Below are positions 48,590-62,219 of a stretch of 64,000 bases of DNA, one piece after another (position 1 is the first letter of the stretch; every line of letters begins with the position of its first letter). A model generated the notes under the pieces. That model saw nothing but the letters and a program-made list of their open reading frames with translations, was not told the DNA's origin and did no database searches. This DNA is from Negaprion brevirostris (Eukaryota), in NCBI GenBank assembly GCA_030324005.1, contig JARDVH010000163.1, positions 33,124,887 to 33,188,886 on the forward strand, given 5' to 3'. The position numbers and the translations under genes were made by a program.

Positions 48590-49335
48590 AAAGGGCCACA
48601 GTCAGAATCAGAAACTTATAAGCCCATGAGTTTAACATCAGTTCTCGGCACGCTGTTAGAAGGTACTATTAGAGCTGCATTCTTTGATCATCTAGAAAGA
48701 GCAGAAGTTATTAAGGATTCCCAGCATGACTTCTGGAAAAAAAAAACAAGCTGTAGAAAATACTTAACTTAATGTTAAAAAAAAACTGCTGCACACTTTT
48801 TCAAAATAAGGTTGTATCTTGTGAAGCTGGCAGTCTTGTCTCACATTGGACATCAAATTGATTGCTTTCTGATTGCATTAATTTAGACAGATGGTAGTTA
48901 TATATGGAAGCAGATCTGTGTGGGGGACATTCATTAGTGGAGTCCTGCAGGGAGCTCTGTTGGGTTTGCTGCTTTTCACCATCTTCATTAATGAGTTGGA
49001 TGAAGGTATCAAGAAGAAATGTACATACTTCTGTTGATGTGTAGAAGTTAGCACCATAGGCAAAATAAATAAGCTGCAGACAGATATAGATACATTGATG
49101 GACTAGGCCTGTGTACAACTGATGTCTTTCTCAAATTAATAGGTGCATGTGGATGGGGATTATTCCAAGCATCAATGCAACATGCAAAGTTATACCTTAA
49201 TACTGCTGGGTGGGAAAAAGTTCTTAAGGTTCAGTCCATGAAATACTCCATTAAAACCTGTGGCCAGTGTTTCAAGGCTGTTGCAAAAGTAAATTGATAT
49301 TGAGGTGGATAGCAAAGAAAATTAATTATACAGGA
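48590..49335 (+). mobile_element. Old CR1 RT fragment
   Basis: YKPMSLTSVLG..LE and GVLQGALLG..FTIFINEL motifs; appears to resume near 49830 after an inserted CR1 tail. Confidence 0.7.
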
Positions 49336-49339
49336 CAAA

Positions 49340-49820
49340 GAAGAACATACAAAATGGAAGCAGAAATAGGGATCTCTAGCCCCTTAAGCCTACTCCACCA
49401 ATAGAATCATAGCTGATCCAACTGTGGCTCAAATTCCACATTCCCATTTACTCCCGACAACTTGGATTTTCTTGTCCAACAAGGAACTATCTACTGTGCC
49501 TTAAAAATATTCAATGACTCCTCCTTCAATGACTCCTCCTCCAATGCTTCCTGAGCCAGAGAGCTCCAAAGTCACACAACCCTCGGAAAAAGAAAAAAAC
49601 TCCTCATCTCTGTCCTGAAAGGGTGATCCCTATTTTAACACAGTGACCCCTAATTCTGGCTTCACTCACAAGAGGTAACACCCTTTCCACATTCACCTTG
49701 TCAAGATCGTTCAGGATTTTGCATACTCAATCACGTCACCCCTTACTCTCCTAAACTCCAGTGGAAACAAGCCCAGCCTTTTCTCATTAGATAACCCACT
49801 CATTCAAATCTAATCAATCT
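49340..49820 (-). mobile_element. CR1 LINE 3' end inserted in an older CR1
   Basis: aagaacatac..aagcctactccacca..ctcctcatctctgtcctga. Confidence 0.8.
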
Positions 49821-50799
49821 AATAGCAATCTAGTTCTTAACTTCTATGAGGCCTCTGTTCAGTTGTTGTCTCCACACATTTCAGGAGAATTCAAGGCCTA
49901 AGGTTGAGGAGAGTACTTGATTGATACCTAAAAACAAAGGATATTTATAGGATAAACTTGGGGAACTGGAGCTATACTGTGAACATGCATTCCCATTGTG
50001 GAGATATAATTCTGTCAAAAAATCCAGGGATTTTATCCAAATTGTAACTTGAGCTNNNNNNNNNNNNNNNNNNNNNNNNNNNNNNNNNNNNNNNNNNNNN
50101 NNNNNNNNNNNNNNNNNNNNNNNNNNAACGTAAGTTAAGTGGTGGACAGGTAAGTCAGCAAGATTCCTGCTGAGTGGAGGGAAGGCTCAGCATGCATGAT
50201 TTTTTGCTGTTCAGCTAATTAATCATACATCCATAAGGAGCATTCTGAATCTTGTGCTGGGTTGGGCAGAGAGTCAGCTGTCTTGCTGTTACCTCATGGA
50301 ATTAAAGGCCTTCATGCCATATTTAAAGGACATTCGGGATACGCATTCACTTGCTGCAGTTCATTACTCCTCCAGATCCTTTGTGGTTACAGTTCATACT
50401 GGAGAAGTTGGCAGATGTGAGCAACCACATCCTAGGCTGTATGAAGGTGCCTCCAGCACTGCCTTTCATTCATTTCTAGACCAGAGCACAGCATTTAATA
50501 CAGCCATGGTCAGGCCAATATTCACCAATGTAGAGGATCCTATTCACCAGCACCTTCACCTTCTCAAGCCCAGATANNNNNNNNNNGTCTTGCGGGTCAA
50601 ACCAAGTAAACAAACTCAAATTACGTTAGGACACAATCTGTGATGGGTTGTCCTTCTCCTCATCCGGAAATAAAAAGAAATGAGATCCATTAATGATACA
50701 GGGTTGCCTGCAGCATGCATCAATGACATCTCGGTGGATTGAAGGGATTAAATTTATGTCTTTACAGGCTGTTTTCTATCTCAAAGCCAGCAGGACAGT

Positions 50800-51240
50800 A
50801 ATAAGCTCTTCACCTGGCCTCCATGAGTCTCATCTTCTCTCCAAGCTTATACCCATTATCATCTCCATATTCAACTTGATCTTTTCCCCTCCCTTTCTCC
50901 ATACCACCTTTCTAGTCCTCCTCAGTGACCTCTCTGCGCCAGACCCTCTCTTCACCTACCAAACTTTCATTCTGAACCTGCACCTATTGCATCCTGCTCA
51001 CTGCTCTGACTGTGTCCTCTTATCACCAATACCCTGAGTCCACCTCCAAGATCCCACCAACAACACCATCAACTCTACTCTGTAAGACATTCTCCACCAC
51101 ACATCCCCCCCACCCACAACTCCACTGCAAACCCGCTTCCCAAACACACTCTCTTTGTACAGTTCTCCCCGCCTCCCCCCACCACCCCATTCTATGCCTA
51201 GCCTGCCTCCCATGTCCAACCTTGGCGTGCAGCTTTGGCT
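50800..51240 (+). mobile_element. Decayed L2-like fragment
   Basis: Pyrimidine-rich; LVLLSDLSA resembles the L2 RT motif LLDLSAAFD. Confidence 0.3.
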
Positions 51241-52861
51241 ACCAGCACTCGATATGAATGACATGCAAAAGCAGCATCTACTGAACTCAAAGTCATGGGA
51301 GAGGTGAATGCCATTGAGGTACAGTCGTAAAACAGGATGCTTGAAATTCTCGCTAGTGTGGAACTTAATTCCAGTAAGGTGGCCTTTTACTGAGCATACG
51401 TGAAACTCCCATGAGGTGCCTGCCATTGTCTGTCAGGAAGCTCAACTTGCCTTGGAAGTCAGGAAAACAAAATTCCGAAGTTGTAGCATGCCGTCAGGAA
51501 ACAGATTTTTGCCTCCTGCCAAATGAAGTACCGCTACTGTCCGTCATTCCCATTGGCGGGGCTGAAAGATTCTGCTCTTGGTGTTAAATTAGGTGCCAAG
51601 ATGCACCGATTTTCAGTGACTTTTGTTGACCTCTAGAAAGCCATCATCCTATATAACTGGCACACTATTCTAAAGAAATCTGAATCAGGTTCCACAAGTG
51701 AAAACGTCTCCAGTTATTAAAAACTGAACAGGTTAACGAGGATTGATGAAAGTAGGAACAATGGTCTTGCGGAGTTTACTTAATTGTTGGGAAAGAATTT
51801 CCCAGTTTTTTTTCATAAATTGGCCTTAGTTTTTTTTTTCCCCATCCTCTAACAGACTGTGCAGCTGCAGTGTGCTGGAGCACTTGATGGATCATTTTAT
51901 CTTAAGTTCATTAACAAGGAGCTAGTTACATACCTCGATTCCATATGTATGGAATTGACCACGTATGTACTTTTGAGTGGTTATATAATGGAGATTAACT
52001 TCACATGTGGGGATTGAATCTGGTGACCTGCTTTGTAAAGCTGTCTAATAAATCACTAAATTGATCAGAAACATTGGCTGGGTTTTCCCCAGTGCATCAG
52101 AATGCTTATGAAAGCACTTGCAACTTAATCATAGACAATGTCCATGGCACATGTTTAGTGTAGTTCTTAGGGAGTTCACGTGCAGCAGGGTGACTGAAGA
52201 TCCTGTTGAATATTTCAAAATTTGTCGGTTGGGAGGCAAGAGTCCGACTGAAATAGTGATTTAAAAATTGCTGAACTAACNNNNNNNNNNNNNNNNNNNN
52301 NNNNNNNNNNNNNNNNNNNNNNNNNNNNNNNNNNNNNNNNNNNNNNNNNNNNNNNNNNNNNNNNNNNNNNNNNNNNNNNNNNNNNNNNNNNNNNNNNNNN
52401 NNNNNNNNNNNNNNNNNNNNNNNNNNNNNNNNNNNNNNNNNNNNNNNNNNNNNNNNNNNNNNNNNNNNNNNNNNNNNNNNNNNNNNNNNNNNNNNNNNNN
52501 NNNNNNNNNNNNNNNNNNNNNNNNNNNNNNNNNNNNNNNNNNNNNNNNNNNNNNNNNNNNNNNNNNNNNNNNNNNNNNNNNNNNNNNNNNNNNNNNNNNN
52601 NNNNNNNNNNNNNNNNNNNNNNNNNNNNNNNNNNNNNNNNNNNNNNNNNNNNNNNNNNNNNNNNNNNNNNNNNNNNNNNNNNNNNNNNNNNNNNNNNNNN
52701 NNNNNNNNNNNNNNNNNNNNNNNNNNNNNNNNNNNNNNNNNNNNNNNNNNNNNNNNNNNNNNNNNNNNNNNNNNNNNNNNNNNNNNNNNNNNNNNNNNNN
52801 NNNNNNNNNNNNNNNNNNNNNNNNNNNNNNNNNNNNNNNNNNNNNNNNNNNNNNNNNNNNN

Positions 52862-52930
52862 AGGATTTTCACTGTAACGTCATTGCAGTGTTAATGTAAG
52901 CCTACTTGTGACACTAATAAATAAACTTTT
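52862..52930 (+). mobile_element. V-SINE type 2 tail
   Basis: ggattttcactgtaacgtcattgcagtgttaatgtaagcctacttgtgacactaataaataaacttt. Confidence 0.88.
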
Positions 52931-54019
52931 AAAAAGTTTGCACCTCCCCACTGCCTACTCATTGGGCTCATTCACTGCTTAGCTCCCCAAAAACTGGGGA
53001 ATAAGCCTGTCAGTAAATATCTGCTCAAATGTCAGGAATGGAGGTGTGGGACGAGGAGATGGTGACGTGGAGAGTGAACCTCATTGCACAACAAAGCAAA
53101 ATATTACAATTATTACATTATCAGCCCCACTATGATTCCTTGACACTCATTCAACTTGTTTTGGTTAATATTCCAGGTTGATGGAAGCATCATGTCCCAT
53201 AGGATCCTCCTGGTGATAGCTGCAAGCCAGCCAAAGTGCTAAAGTTTCCTTTGATTCTCCAGCTTGACTGCTGGACCACCTGTTTGTAGTGTACAGCCAA
53301 GCCCACGGCAAAGTTTTTTTTTTCCCTGCAATGTTGAGAAGACATGCAATACATCAGTCTTTATTAGATTACAGATAGAAAGATAGTACATGAATAGATG
53401 ATGGTCAGGTTAAGTATTTTATTAGGTGTAAAATTACATGAAGAGGTGGCTGTAGGGAGAAACTATACCTTATCTGATGGTCTTTTGCTCTGAAAAACAT
53501 AACAGAAGCTTATGCATCAGATGTCACCCTAATGCAGACATGACTCTGGCACAGTCAGCGTGTATAATCTACAAATCAAAAAAATCTTCAGGCCATTTTC
53601 ATCTAATGAATTAAATTGGCAACTATTAAAACTAATGTCATTGTATGCAAATTAGAAGTACTGCTTCTGTTGAATTCTTGTATTAAAGATAACATAAGAA
53701 TTGTCAAACCAATAATGGAATGGATAAATGTTTTGTCCAGCAGAATTCTAAATGTCGGCATTAGAAATCCAGATTATGGATCAAATGACCTTGACGATGA
53801 GATTGCGAGTCACTCAAGGGAGATTCAGATTTGTGTCAAGCATTGAAAGACAATTTGCCGATTAGGCTGGGAGGTGGAAAATCCAGGGAGCACAACAGCA
53901 GAGCCAAAGTCTTTCTTCAGGGTGCTAGATCTGTAATACAAATACAAGATGAGTAAACAAGCAGGCAGGGTATTTGGTAATGCAGTTATGTAAATCCTAG
54001 CTCCACAAAATACTCTAAT

Positions 54020-54500
54020 GGCAAAATTCTCCCACTTTGGGACCAAATGCTGTCATGGGCAGTTCCAGCAGCGCCTTTCCCACTGGGCAGGATGGTTGGA
54101 TTCTGCACCAGGTTCTGTGCTGGGTACCTCATTAATTATGCACAAAAGCATTGTCTGGCAGACCCGCACATGCTTCATCTACCCACCATCAGCTTGGGTT
54201 CAAAGGTCCTGGTGTGACATTTAAGTACTAATCCAGAACCTTCACAGCACTCTCTCCAGCCCTTCTCTCTTCACCAGACTGTACAGGATATTATCAACCC
54301 AGAGAGAAAAGGCTAGCAGCCTCACGAAGAAGGTTGCTTCTTGCTTCAATCACCCTCCCCCAGTACAGCCCATCAACTGCGAGGCCCCCATGCCCCCATG
54401 CCCCACCTGGGCCTCTAACCACCACATGTGGAGCCTTTGTGTATTCCCTTCCAGTAAATGAGTGGCGTCCCTATGAACCCCTTGTTTATGTGCTTTTCAC
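54020..54500 (+). mobile_element. GC-rich MITE left part
   Basis: ggcaaaattctccc terminus and ctcattaattatgca core. Confidence 0.45.
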
Positions 54501-55710
54501 GCAGCTCTGTTGNNNNNNNNNNNNNNNNNNNNNNNNNNNNNNNNNNNNNNNNNNNNNNNNNNNNNNNNNNNNNNNNNNNNNNNNNNNNNNNNNNNNNNNN
54601 NNCTTTCCCACCTCATTCTTGCTTGCACAGCTCTCCTTCCACATTGCCCACCCTCCACCCCCCACCCCCACCACCATTGTCTTTGTCAGGCTATGGAAAT
54701 CAGCTGGACATGGGAATGTAAGGCAGGAGTCAGTCTGCCCCTGAAGAGTGCTGAACAGTGCATCAGGAACAGTGCAGCATTATGGCAGTGTTGCATTCAT
54801 CCCAAAGTTTATGGCCAACTGAGGACTGCTTTGTTCATGCTAATTAAGTTTTAGACCAATATGATTTCCTGCTGCCATGATGCAAGATTGAAAGGTCTGA
54901 TGGGATTTTGGTGGGCAGCTATTTTAATGGGCATTCATGAGGTGCAAATTGTAATCATACTACCAGTCAGCAGAATGATTGGTCCTCTGTTGGGAGAACT
55001 GCTACGTGATGTTATGCCAGTGGGTTTCTGGATTTATTGGCTCCTGCTAGACTCTCCATATCCGCCCCATCAATAAACCCGCTGCAGGCAGGATGGGTGA
55101 ATTTCACCCGATGATTCAGCTACTTCCAGTGATCACATTAAACAGCACTGGCTCAGACACTGACTCGGCCACTTTCACTTATGTTATAGTGGGCAGAGTT
55201 CGCGCTGTTTGCGTTTACCCAGGAAAATGTCGTTGCTCTCCAATTCAAGTAACAGGACCCCAATTTACATGTTGTTAGAAAGGTCCCTACTTATTTCTGC
55301 TGGGAGATTTCAGTTGCTATTTCACGGTTCAGACAAAAATATGAATACCAGATTGGGGAAATTACCCCCGGCAATGGTCCCATTCCCACCAAAGTGCGAG
55401 GCAGTTGAGAGGCCAAGATCATCCTATATCCACTCGTGAAGAATATATATGTTGTTTAAAACTTACAACCCGCNNNNNNNNNNNNNNNNNNNNNNNNNNN
55501 NNNNNNNNNNNNNNNNNNNNNNNNNNNNNNNNNNNNNNNNNNNNNNNNNNNNNNNNNNNNNNNNNNNNNNNNNNNNNNNNNNNNNNNNNNNNNNNNNNNN
55601 NNNNNNNNNNNNNNNNNNNNNNNNNNNNNNNNNNNNNNNNNNNNNNNNNNNNNNNNNNNNNNNNNNNNNNNNNNNNNNNNNNNNNNNNNNNNNNNNNNNN
55701 NNNNNNNNNN

Positions 55711-55789
55711 CGAGATCCACGGGCCTTTCCATGGTCCGCTCCTTGCCTGCTATGATTTTTGTGGTGGGCGGAACAGGAAAGATCGCCCC
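55711..55789. mobile_element. ~126-bp MITE family, partial (gap)
   Basis: cctttccatggtcc..gtggtgggcggaacaggaaagatcgcccc matches the right half of 17220-17345. Confidence 0.65.
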
Positions 55790-55894
55790 ACTATCTCTAT
55801 TTCTGGCTCTGTGTCATACTTATGTTGTAATGTGCCTGTGAAGCACCTTGGGGCATTTCACCTTGTTAAAGAAGTTGTTGTCACTTTGATGCTA

Positions 55895-56035
55895 CAAAGT
55901 GTTATATTGTTTAAAGTGTGTAGTTCATGTTGTAAAGGAGGCATCATGGCTGTTGATCTGCTGAAAGCAGGATCCCATCAATGTGAAAACAAAAATCCAG
56001 GCAACTATTTTTTCAGTAATGTTGACAGCATATGA
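55895..56035 (-). mobile_element. Deu-domain SINE remnant
   Basis: aagtgtgtagttcatgttgtaa..agcaggatccca..ttttcagtaatgttga, reverse of the Deu core at about 18930-19040. Confidence 0.5.
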
Positions 56036-56289
56036 CTGAAAGAATATCGAGTATACTTATTGACTGAATTATAAAATTCCCATACATCTCATTCCATTCT
56101 CGAACGGCTGATTTATCATTTTTAAAGCTGCCTTGTCAGCTCTTGCCAATTTTCTAGTTTGATTTAGATGACAATTAGGCATGTCTCCTGTTTTAATGTC
56201 TTTATAGATAGAAAGTCAATGGTATTGGTCTACAATATTAAAAGGTAAAAATGTCAGAACAGAAGTAGTCAAATGGATAGAAAATGAAT

Positions 56290-57366
56290 CATTCATCTCA
56301 GTGACTTCCTGAGATCCTCATCAGCACAGATACCAGCCTTCAGCCAATCTGCTTCGCTCCACGTGTCGTACAGTAACTGCTGTGTGTGCTAGATAGAACA
56401 AAGGCCCATGTGGTCCAACAACAACTCAGCTGTCATGAAGATCTTTGTTCCTGAACTTACATCTTTAGCCAGGCTATTCCAGTAGAGTTAAAACACTGGC
56501 ATCTACTGGATAGTGTGGAAAGTTGCCCAGTTATGTCCTTTCCACGTAAGGAAAGACACACCTAATCTGGCCAGTGACTGCCCCAAAAGTCTAATCTCAA
56601 TCACCAGCAATGTGATGGAAAGTATCATTAACAGCAACTGGTAACTTTCTCATTGTTTGTCGTTTGGATTCCACCAGGATCGCGTGGCTCCAGATCTTAC
56701 AACCTTTGTCCAAACATGCACTAAGGAGCTGGATTCCAGATGGGAATCAACTGAGGCATCAAGGTGCAGAACCAAAGCTGAAGTCAGTGAGCATCCGGGG
56801 AAAAGCGGTCCACTGGCTGGCATCATACCTAGTACAACTTAAGTTGTTGCGATTGTTAGAGTAAGTGCAGCTCCAATACCACAAGAGGTACAACAAACAT
56901 CATCCAGGTCAAAGCAGCCAACATGATTGGCATCCCATCTATGACTTTAATTCTCCCTCCACCACCAGGAATCCATGGCTACCGCATGTACTTTGACAGT
57001 ATGCCTCAATGGGATGAATGGCCTCCTTCTGCACTGTAGGAGTTCTATGGATTCTGTATTGCCGTACACTTGCCAATATTTCTTCAATAGTACCTTCCAA
57101 ACTTGGAACCTCACATAATTAGAAGTGTAAGGTAAGGAGACACATGGAAATAACACCACCCTTCCAAATCACACACCACCCTGAATTGGAAATATATCAC
57201 CATTCCATCATCACTGAATCAAAACCGTCAAGCGCCTTGCCCAGCAGCACTGTGGGTGTACCCTCAACAGACGGTGGTTCAGTGGTTTACCACTACCGCC
57301 TTCAGAGCAGTTAGGGATGGGCAGTAAATGCTTGTGATGCCCACATCACATGAGCAAATAAAAAAA
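56290..57366 (+). mobile_element. Internally deleted copy of the 19826-22440 LINE family, with a short HE1/HER1 tail at about 57010-57058
   Basis: cagccttcagccaat, ctggcatctac..gtggaaagttgcccag, ggaaatatatcac and a ttagggatgggcagtaaatgc..aaataaaaaa tail. Confidence 0.8.
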
Positions 57367-57699
57367 TAATTCTGATATTCTGAGCTAGCGCGGTTGTGTA
57401 CATTTCAAACCTAACCCAAATTCCAGCTCTGTTATTTTAGAACTCCTCAGATGATCTGATTTTTGTCCATCAGTCATGCACGCTTGTAAAAATCACTGTT
57501 CATTTCAGTATTTTTCTGGGAAACCATATTTCCTGGCATTTAAGAATTTCATTTCAAAAATCCTGCTCAGTAAAGTAGCCATCTGCGCAGATGTCACAAG
57601 ACAGTCACCAGTTATTGCGCTACAGATTGTCAAAAGTATATAAATTATGCAAGAAATGTTGTCCTTTTTATTGGATCTGTAGTTGCTCATTTGCCAAAA

Positions 57700-58600
57700 G
57701 CTTCCATTCTTCTAGAAACTTCCCTCATCAAACAGCAATTAAACGCCATTTACCCTACATATGCTTCTACTAACCACACTGTAGCCTTAAAGTGACATAG
57801 CAGCTTGAGCAGAGATCCATTTTAGTGTAATTTGTTACACTGCTTGACTCAAAATGGTATAAAACAGTGACTGACCACAGACAACGTTACGACAAGTTTG
57901 CCAATTTAAAAAAAGTTTTATCTCCAGGGCCGGTGCTTGAATTGGATTCAGATGCCAAACAAGCTGGGAGAATAGGAGTAAAATCAATTTGAAAAGCCTC
58001 TACTCATTTGTCTCCATGGACAGACAGTACAGAATTACACAAGCTTGCAGTAATTAACACTAAGTTGGCAGCAAAATTCAAGAGATCACAAGGCTGGTGA
58101 ATATGACAGTCTGAAATTAATGTTTATACTGAAGACATTAAAAAAAACAAATGTGGACCAACCAAAATTATGGAAATAATTTTGCGAGGTTTTTGAGACA
58201 GGCATGGTTAGCCATACAGTGGTGTTGTTGTGCTAACTCAGTGCATTGTTGCATCACATAGCTCTGTAAAACTGACTATTACTTCTGAGCAAAATCTCCT
58301 TCCTGTTCATACAACTTTGATGGAGTGTTAGAATATTACAAAGCAGCCTCTCTTTCTGTCATATGATGCACACTGACACATAAAAAGCTTGACAGTCATT
58401 TGGCTGACACGCTGCTATCATGGGCAAAGTTCAGGCACATTAGCTACATGAGTTTAGATCATTTCGTTTTCCTGACACATATCAAATTCAAAGCAAAAGC
58501 ACGCAATTGCAACGTTCCTTGAATGACCTTTACTATCTAAATGATATCTAATAGGCCAATCTGCCTCAAAGGTTTTCTGTGGAAAAATAACTCCTGCCCT
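57700..58600. promoter_or_regulatory. Candidate conserved non-coding element
   Basis: Repeat-free; gtaattaac, tgacagtc twice, ttggc/gccaa NFI-like half-sites; inference only. Confidence 0.3.
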
Positions 58601-58842
58601 GTAAGTAACTTTTAATTCCAATCTAGTTTTCTAACAAAGATAGTGCCAGAAATGCATGGGTACAGATATCAGGAAATGATAGACAGCCTGTGTTTCTTTT
58701 CTCTTGAGAGGGAAAAAACACTAAGAGTTGACTGAGTACAGAGTTATTTAAAACAATGGAAGATTTTAATAGAGTGGATATGGACAGAATGTTTCCTCTT
58801 GTGGGGAAATGCATAACAAAAGGTCATCAATATAAGATAATT

Positions 58843-59853
58843 GCCAGAATTCTCCAGCCATTCATGTCCTGCCAATGCAGCAAGTAAGGTTGGAGAATGT
58901 GGTGCTCAGCCAAAACTCTGTTCACTGCAGTGGGACCAGAGAACCCCACTGGCGTGAGTGGCTGGCAAATTCATGTGCAGATCACTCTGGAGTTCTGAGG
59001 GGCCAGAAATTTACAGGGAGTGACCATTGTGTGTTTAGCATCTGGGATTAGCAAAGGGATTATCCTTTGGGATTCTCCCATTCCTCAGACCCTTACATAA
59101 TCTGGTTCACCCAAGCTAGGGTGTGAACCAGATTAGTTTATTCAAATAATCATTTGGAGCCTGATGTTCTCAGTACTTGCAATTCACTGGACTTTGTGTG
59201 CAATGGGAACCTGAAGCAAATCACTATTGATCTTCACAAATGGAGACAAGTTGTGATGGCCACATCAGATGATTTGGAGGCCATTGAAGGTCATCAGGGA
59301 CATGGGTGGGCAGTGCTCTGGCATTGCCCTCTGATGCCCCAGCTCTGCCAACCTGGCAGTGTCAGGGTGGCACTGTTGGCAAAGGGTGAAGCCTGAAAAG
59401 TATGGGGCTTGGGTAACCCCATAGCAGGGTTTTACTCACTTGACCTGGATATTTAGTGATGGGGAGGGGTGGGAAGGTTGCTCCTATGGGGGTCAAGGGT
59501 TGGTGGTGTTGTCCATTTCTCGGGAGGTTGTGATGTTAATGAGCAGGGGGGTGAGGTGTGGTGGGGGGGGATGTGGAGGAGGGGACCTTTAACTTAACTT
59601 TGAGATTGGGGCCCTCTTTAAAAACAGTGCTTCCATCTCTGAGGAGCCAGTCTTGCCAGTGTTTTTAGGTTCCCACTCTTTAGTCCCCATCCAAAACAAA
59701 AATCTAAATCTGGGAGAATTCAGTGAGAATCTCTAGGCTTCAAACCCATTTTGAAGTGTGATTGAATTGCAAACTGAATTCCACCAGCCCTTCCAGCAAG
59801 GTTCTCACTGGCGTCCCTGCTGGGGACAACATTTTTTTAGAAAAATTTCATCC
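58843..59853. mobile_element. Small MITE (58843-58975) plus large GC-rich MITE (about 58980-59853)
   Basis: Homology to 45224-45359 and to 62977-63290 respectively. Confidence 0.6.
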
Positions 59854-59887
59854 AATATCTAAAAAAATCCAATAGGAAATTCAAAAG

Positions 59888-60774
59888 TGTTAAGGAGCAG
59901 ATTAGAAACTTCAAGGCATTTTATGAAGTTAGCCTTAACTCCAACTATTACATTTAATTTTGGCATGAGGGTGAGCATAAGGTGTTTCGTTCCAGGTACG
60001 ATTTAAGTGACCCACTAGGAAGCCTTCATCAAAACAAACCTTATTTCAGAACACAGTTGGAATATAACACAAATAATTAGCATAACGTTTATCTATTTAA
60101 AGACTTAAACATGCCAAATATAATTCTTAACAGCTAGCGGTCTCTATTGTTACAATTTCACAGCATCTCCCACAGACATGAATCCCTTCTTTAGAACCAG
60201 TTAACATAGAAATCAAAGATGCATGTGTAGGTACTAGATGTCCAACATTTTGACACTTCTGGAGTGTGATCCAGAGAGAGACTTGTCTTCTAATTCTCAT
60301 GAGCAACTTCCAGACAAAGCTCCACCTCCAGACAATAGAATCTTAGAGATGGTGGTGCAGGTTTGAAGGGCCAAAGGACCTATCCCTGCACCAATTTTCT
60401 ATGTTTCTAAAAAGTATTATTTCTTGGCAGACTCCAGTCTCCATTTTGGACAGAGCAAGCAACCTATCTCTAAAAATCCAAAAGCAGACTGTCTTGAGTT
60501 CTTTGTGACAGCCGAGTTGTACCCAGTCACATGATCCTATCTGTCAATCAACTTAAATAAAGCCCCACTCTGAAATATCCTAGGGGAAAACTCGAAACAG
60601 CAGAATTCTGCATTAGGTCAGACGAAGACAAACATTGCAGCCATTAAGATCAATTATGCTACTGCAGAAACAATACAGTGCTGCTGGATACAGACAAAAT
60701 GGCTCCAGTAAGATGGAACATTCAGCACAGAAACATGACTAAAATACATTTCCTAAAGATACAGTATCATCATG
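59888..60774 (-). mobile_element. Probable solo LTR with a CR1 tail (about 60335-60410) inside
   Basis: Starts tgttaa, ends catcatg; flanked by aaag/gaag (4-bp TSD, one mismatch); cleanly interrupts a CR1. Confidence 0.6.
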
Positions 60775-62219
60775 GAAGAAAGCCAAAGAGAGGTGAAAAT
60801 GTAGAACTCACTACCATGGAGCGGTTGAAATGAAAAATATGGATGCATTAAAGAGAAAACTAAACCAACACTTGAAGGAGAAGGAACTAAATGGGAATTA
60901 TGGTAAATTTAGGAGAGAAAAGATGAGCGGAGGCTCAACTGAAGAATAAATGCTGGAATGGGATGTTTGGGCCATATAATCTATTGCTATGCTAGATATG
61001 TAATCCTATGAAACATCGGTCATTGGTATTTCTAGCATAAATTCATTTAGAAGTTAATGTTAATCTGAAGTGCAACATGATGATGTTTAACAGGTTGATG
61101 AAAAATGAAATCAAATGAAATAGCGTCTTAATATGGTTCATTTCCTGTTTCTTTCAAATTCAAATTTCATTTATAAATAGGCAATACAGGAAATAATGTT
61201 TTTACACAACTAATTATATATTTTATGTAATTGATTAAAGTTCAAAATGTAAACAAAATAATTGGAGAAATGTGTGCTTGAGTGCCTCTGGTGACTTACT
61301 CGATTTCCTCCAAGAAATTTTGTTTGTACTTAATCGACAGCCTCAGACAAATTTTGACTTCAGAAACCCAGAGGACACGAAGCTAACTCACTCAGTGGTG
61401 AAATCCAACAATCACACAAAAGGATCATGTGTAATCTGTAATTATTACAAGAAAAATATATAATTTCTGAAGCTCAATGCTTGACATGTATTTTCCTCAA
61501 AGTACAAACTGAAACAAACCATTCTTCTTGGTTTAGCTTGTGCAAACATCAGCACACAGACAACAAGGCAAAAAATAATGGTCTATGGGGTGTTTATCAC
61601 TCATGGCTCTTTCAAAGTGCATACTTTTGGCCTTTGTACATCCCTCATAATTTTTTGTTATGATCGAGTGCTCATCTGAAAATTTATGAGTATTCATTAG
61701 TAGAGATTTGCTTTAATAGAGTGATTAAAGTTATTATATCCTGCAAAGGTCCCCCTAGTCACTCTTCTGAGTGGAAAGAACAATTAATTATATTGTTTAC
61801 TGATCATTTAGTTGCACTTACCTTCCTGGGATTAGTAGGATACTTAGTGTGGTAATTCATAAATGTGTTTTGTAAATGCTCACTGTTTATAATTTTGTTT
61901 AACTTTTTGAATTGGATGATGATCAAAGTGTTTGATTTACCAGACCTGGAACCCTATCATTTTCAACAGCTTAAATTCCAACAGCTGCTAGCTTAGAGAT
62001 CTAGTGCTGAATGAATGGAATTTTCTAGAAATTACCGTAAACAGCTCTAACGTTTTCTTAATATTTAATCCCACCCTCCAAAATCGCACATTGATTGTGC
62101 CAGCTCTGATTTTCCACCTGTTCTTCTGAAGAGATAATGAAGGCATTCAATACAAATCTGTGATATCCTTTTTTATCACAGATCAGGCTCTCGTTGTGAC
62201 ATTTGGGTCAATTGCTATG

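Larger units (their letters stand above)
58630..61010 (+). mobile_element. One CR1 3' end split into three pieces (58630-58842, about 59856-59887, 60775-61010)
   Basis: Pieces join into the same sequence as the uninterrupted copy at 17590-17930. Confidence 0.75.
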
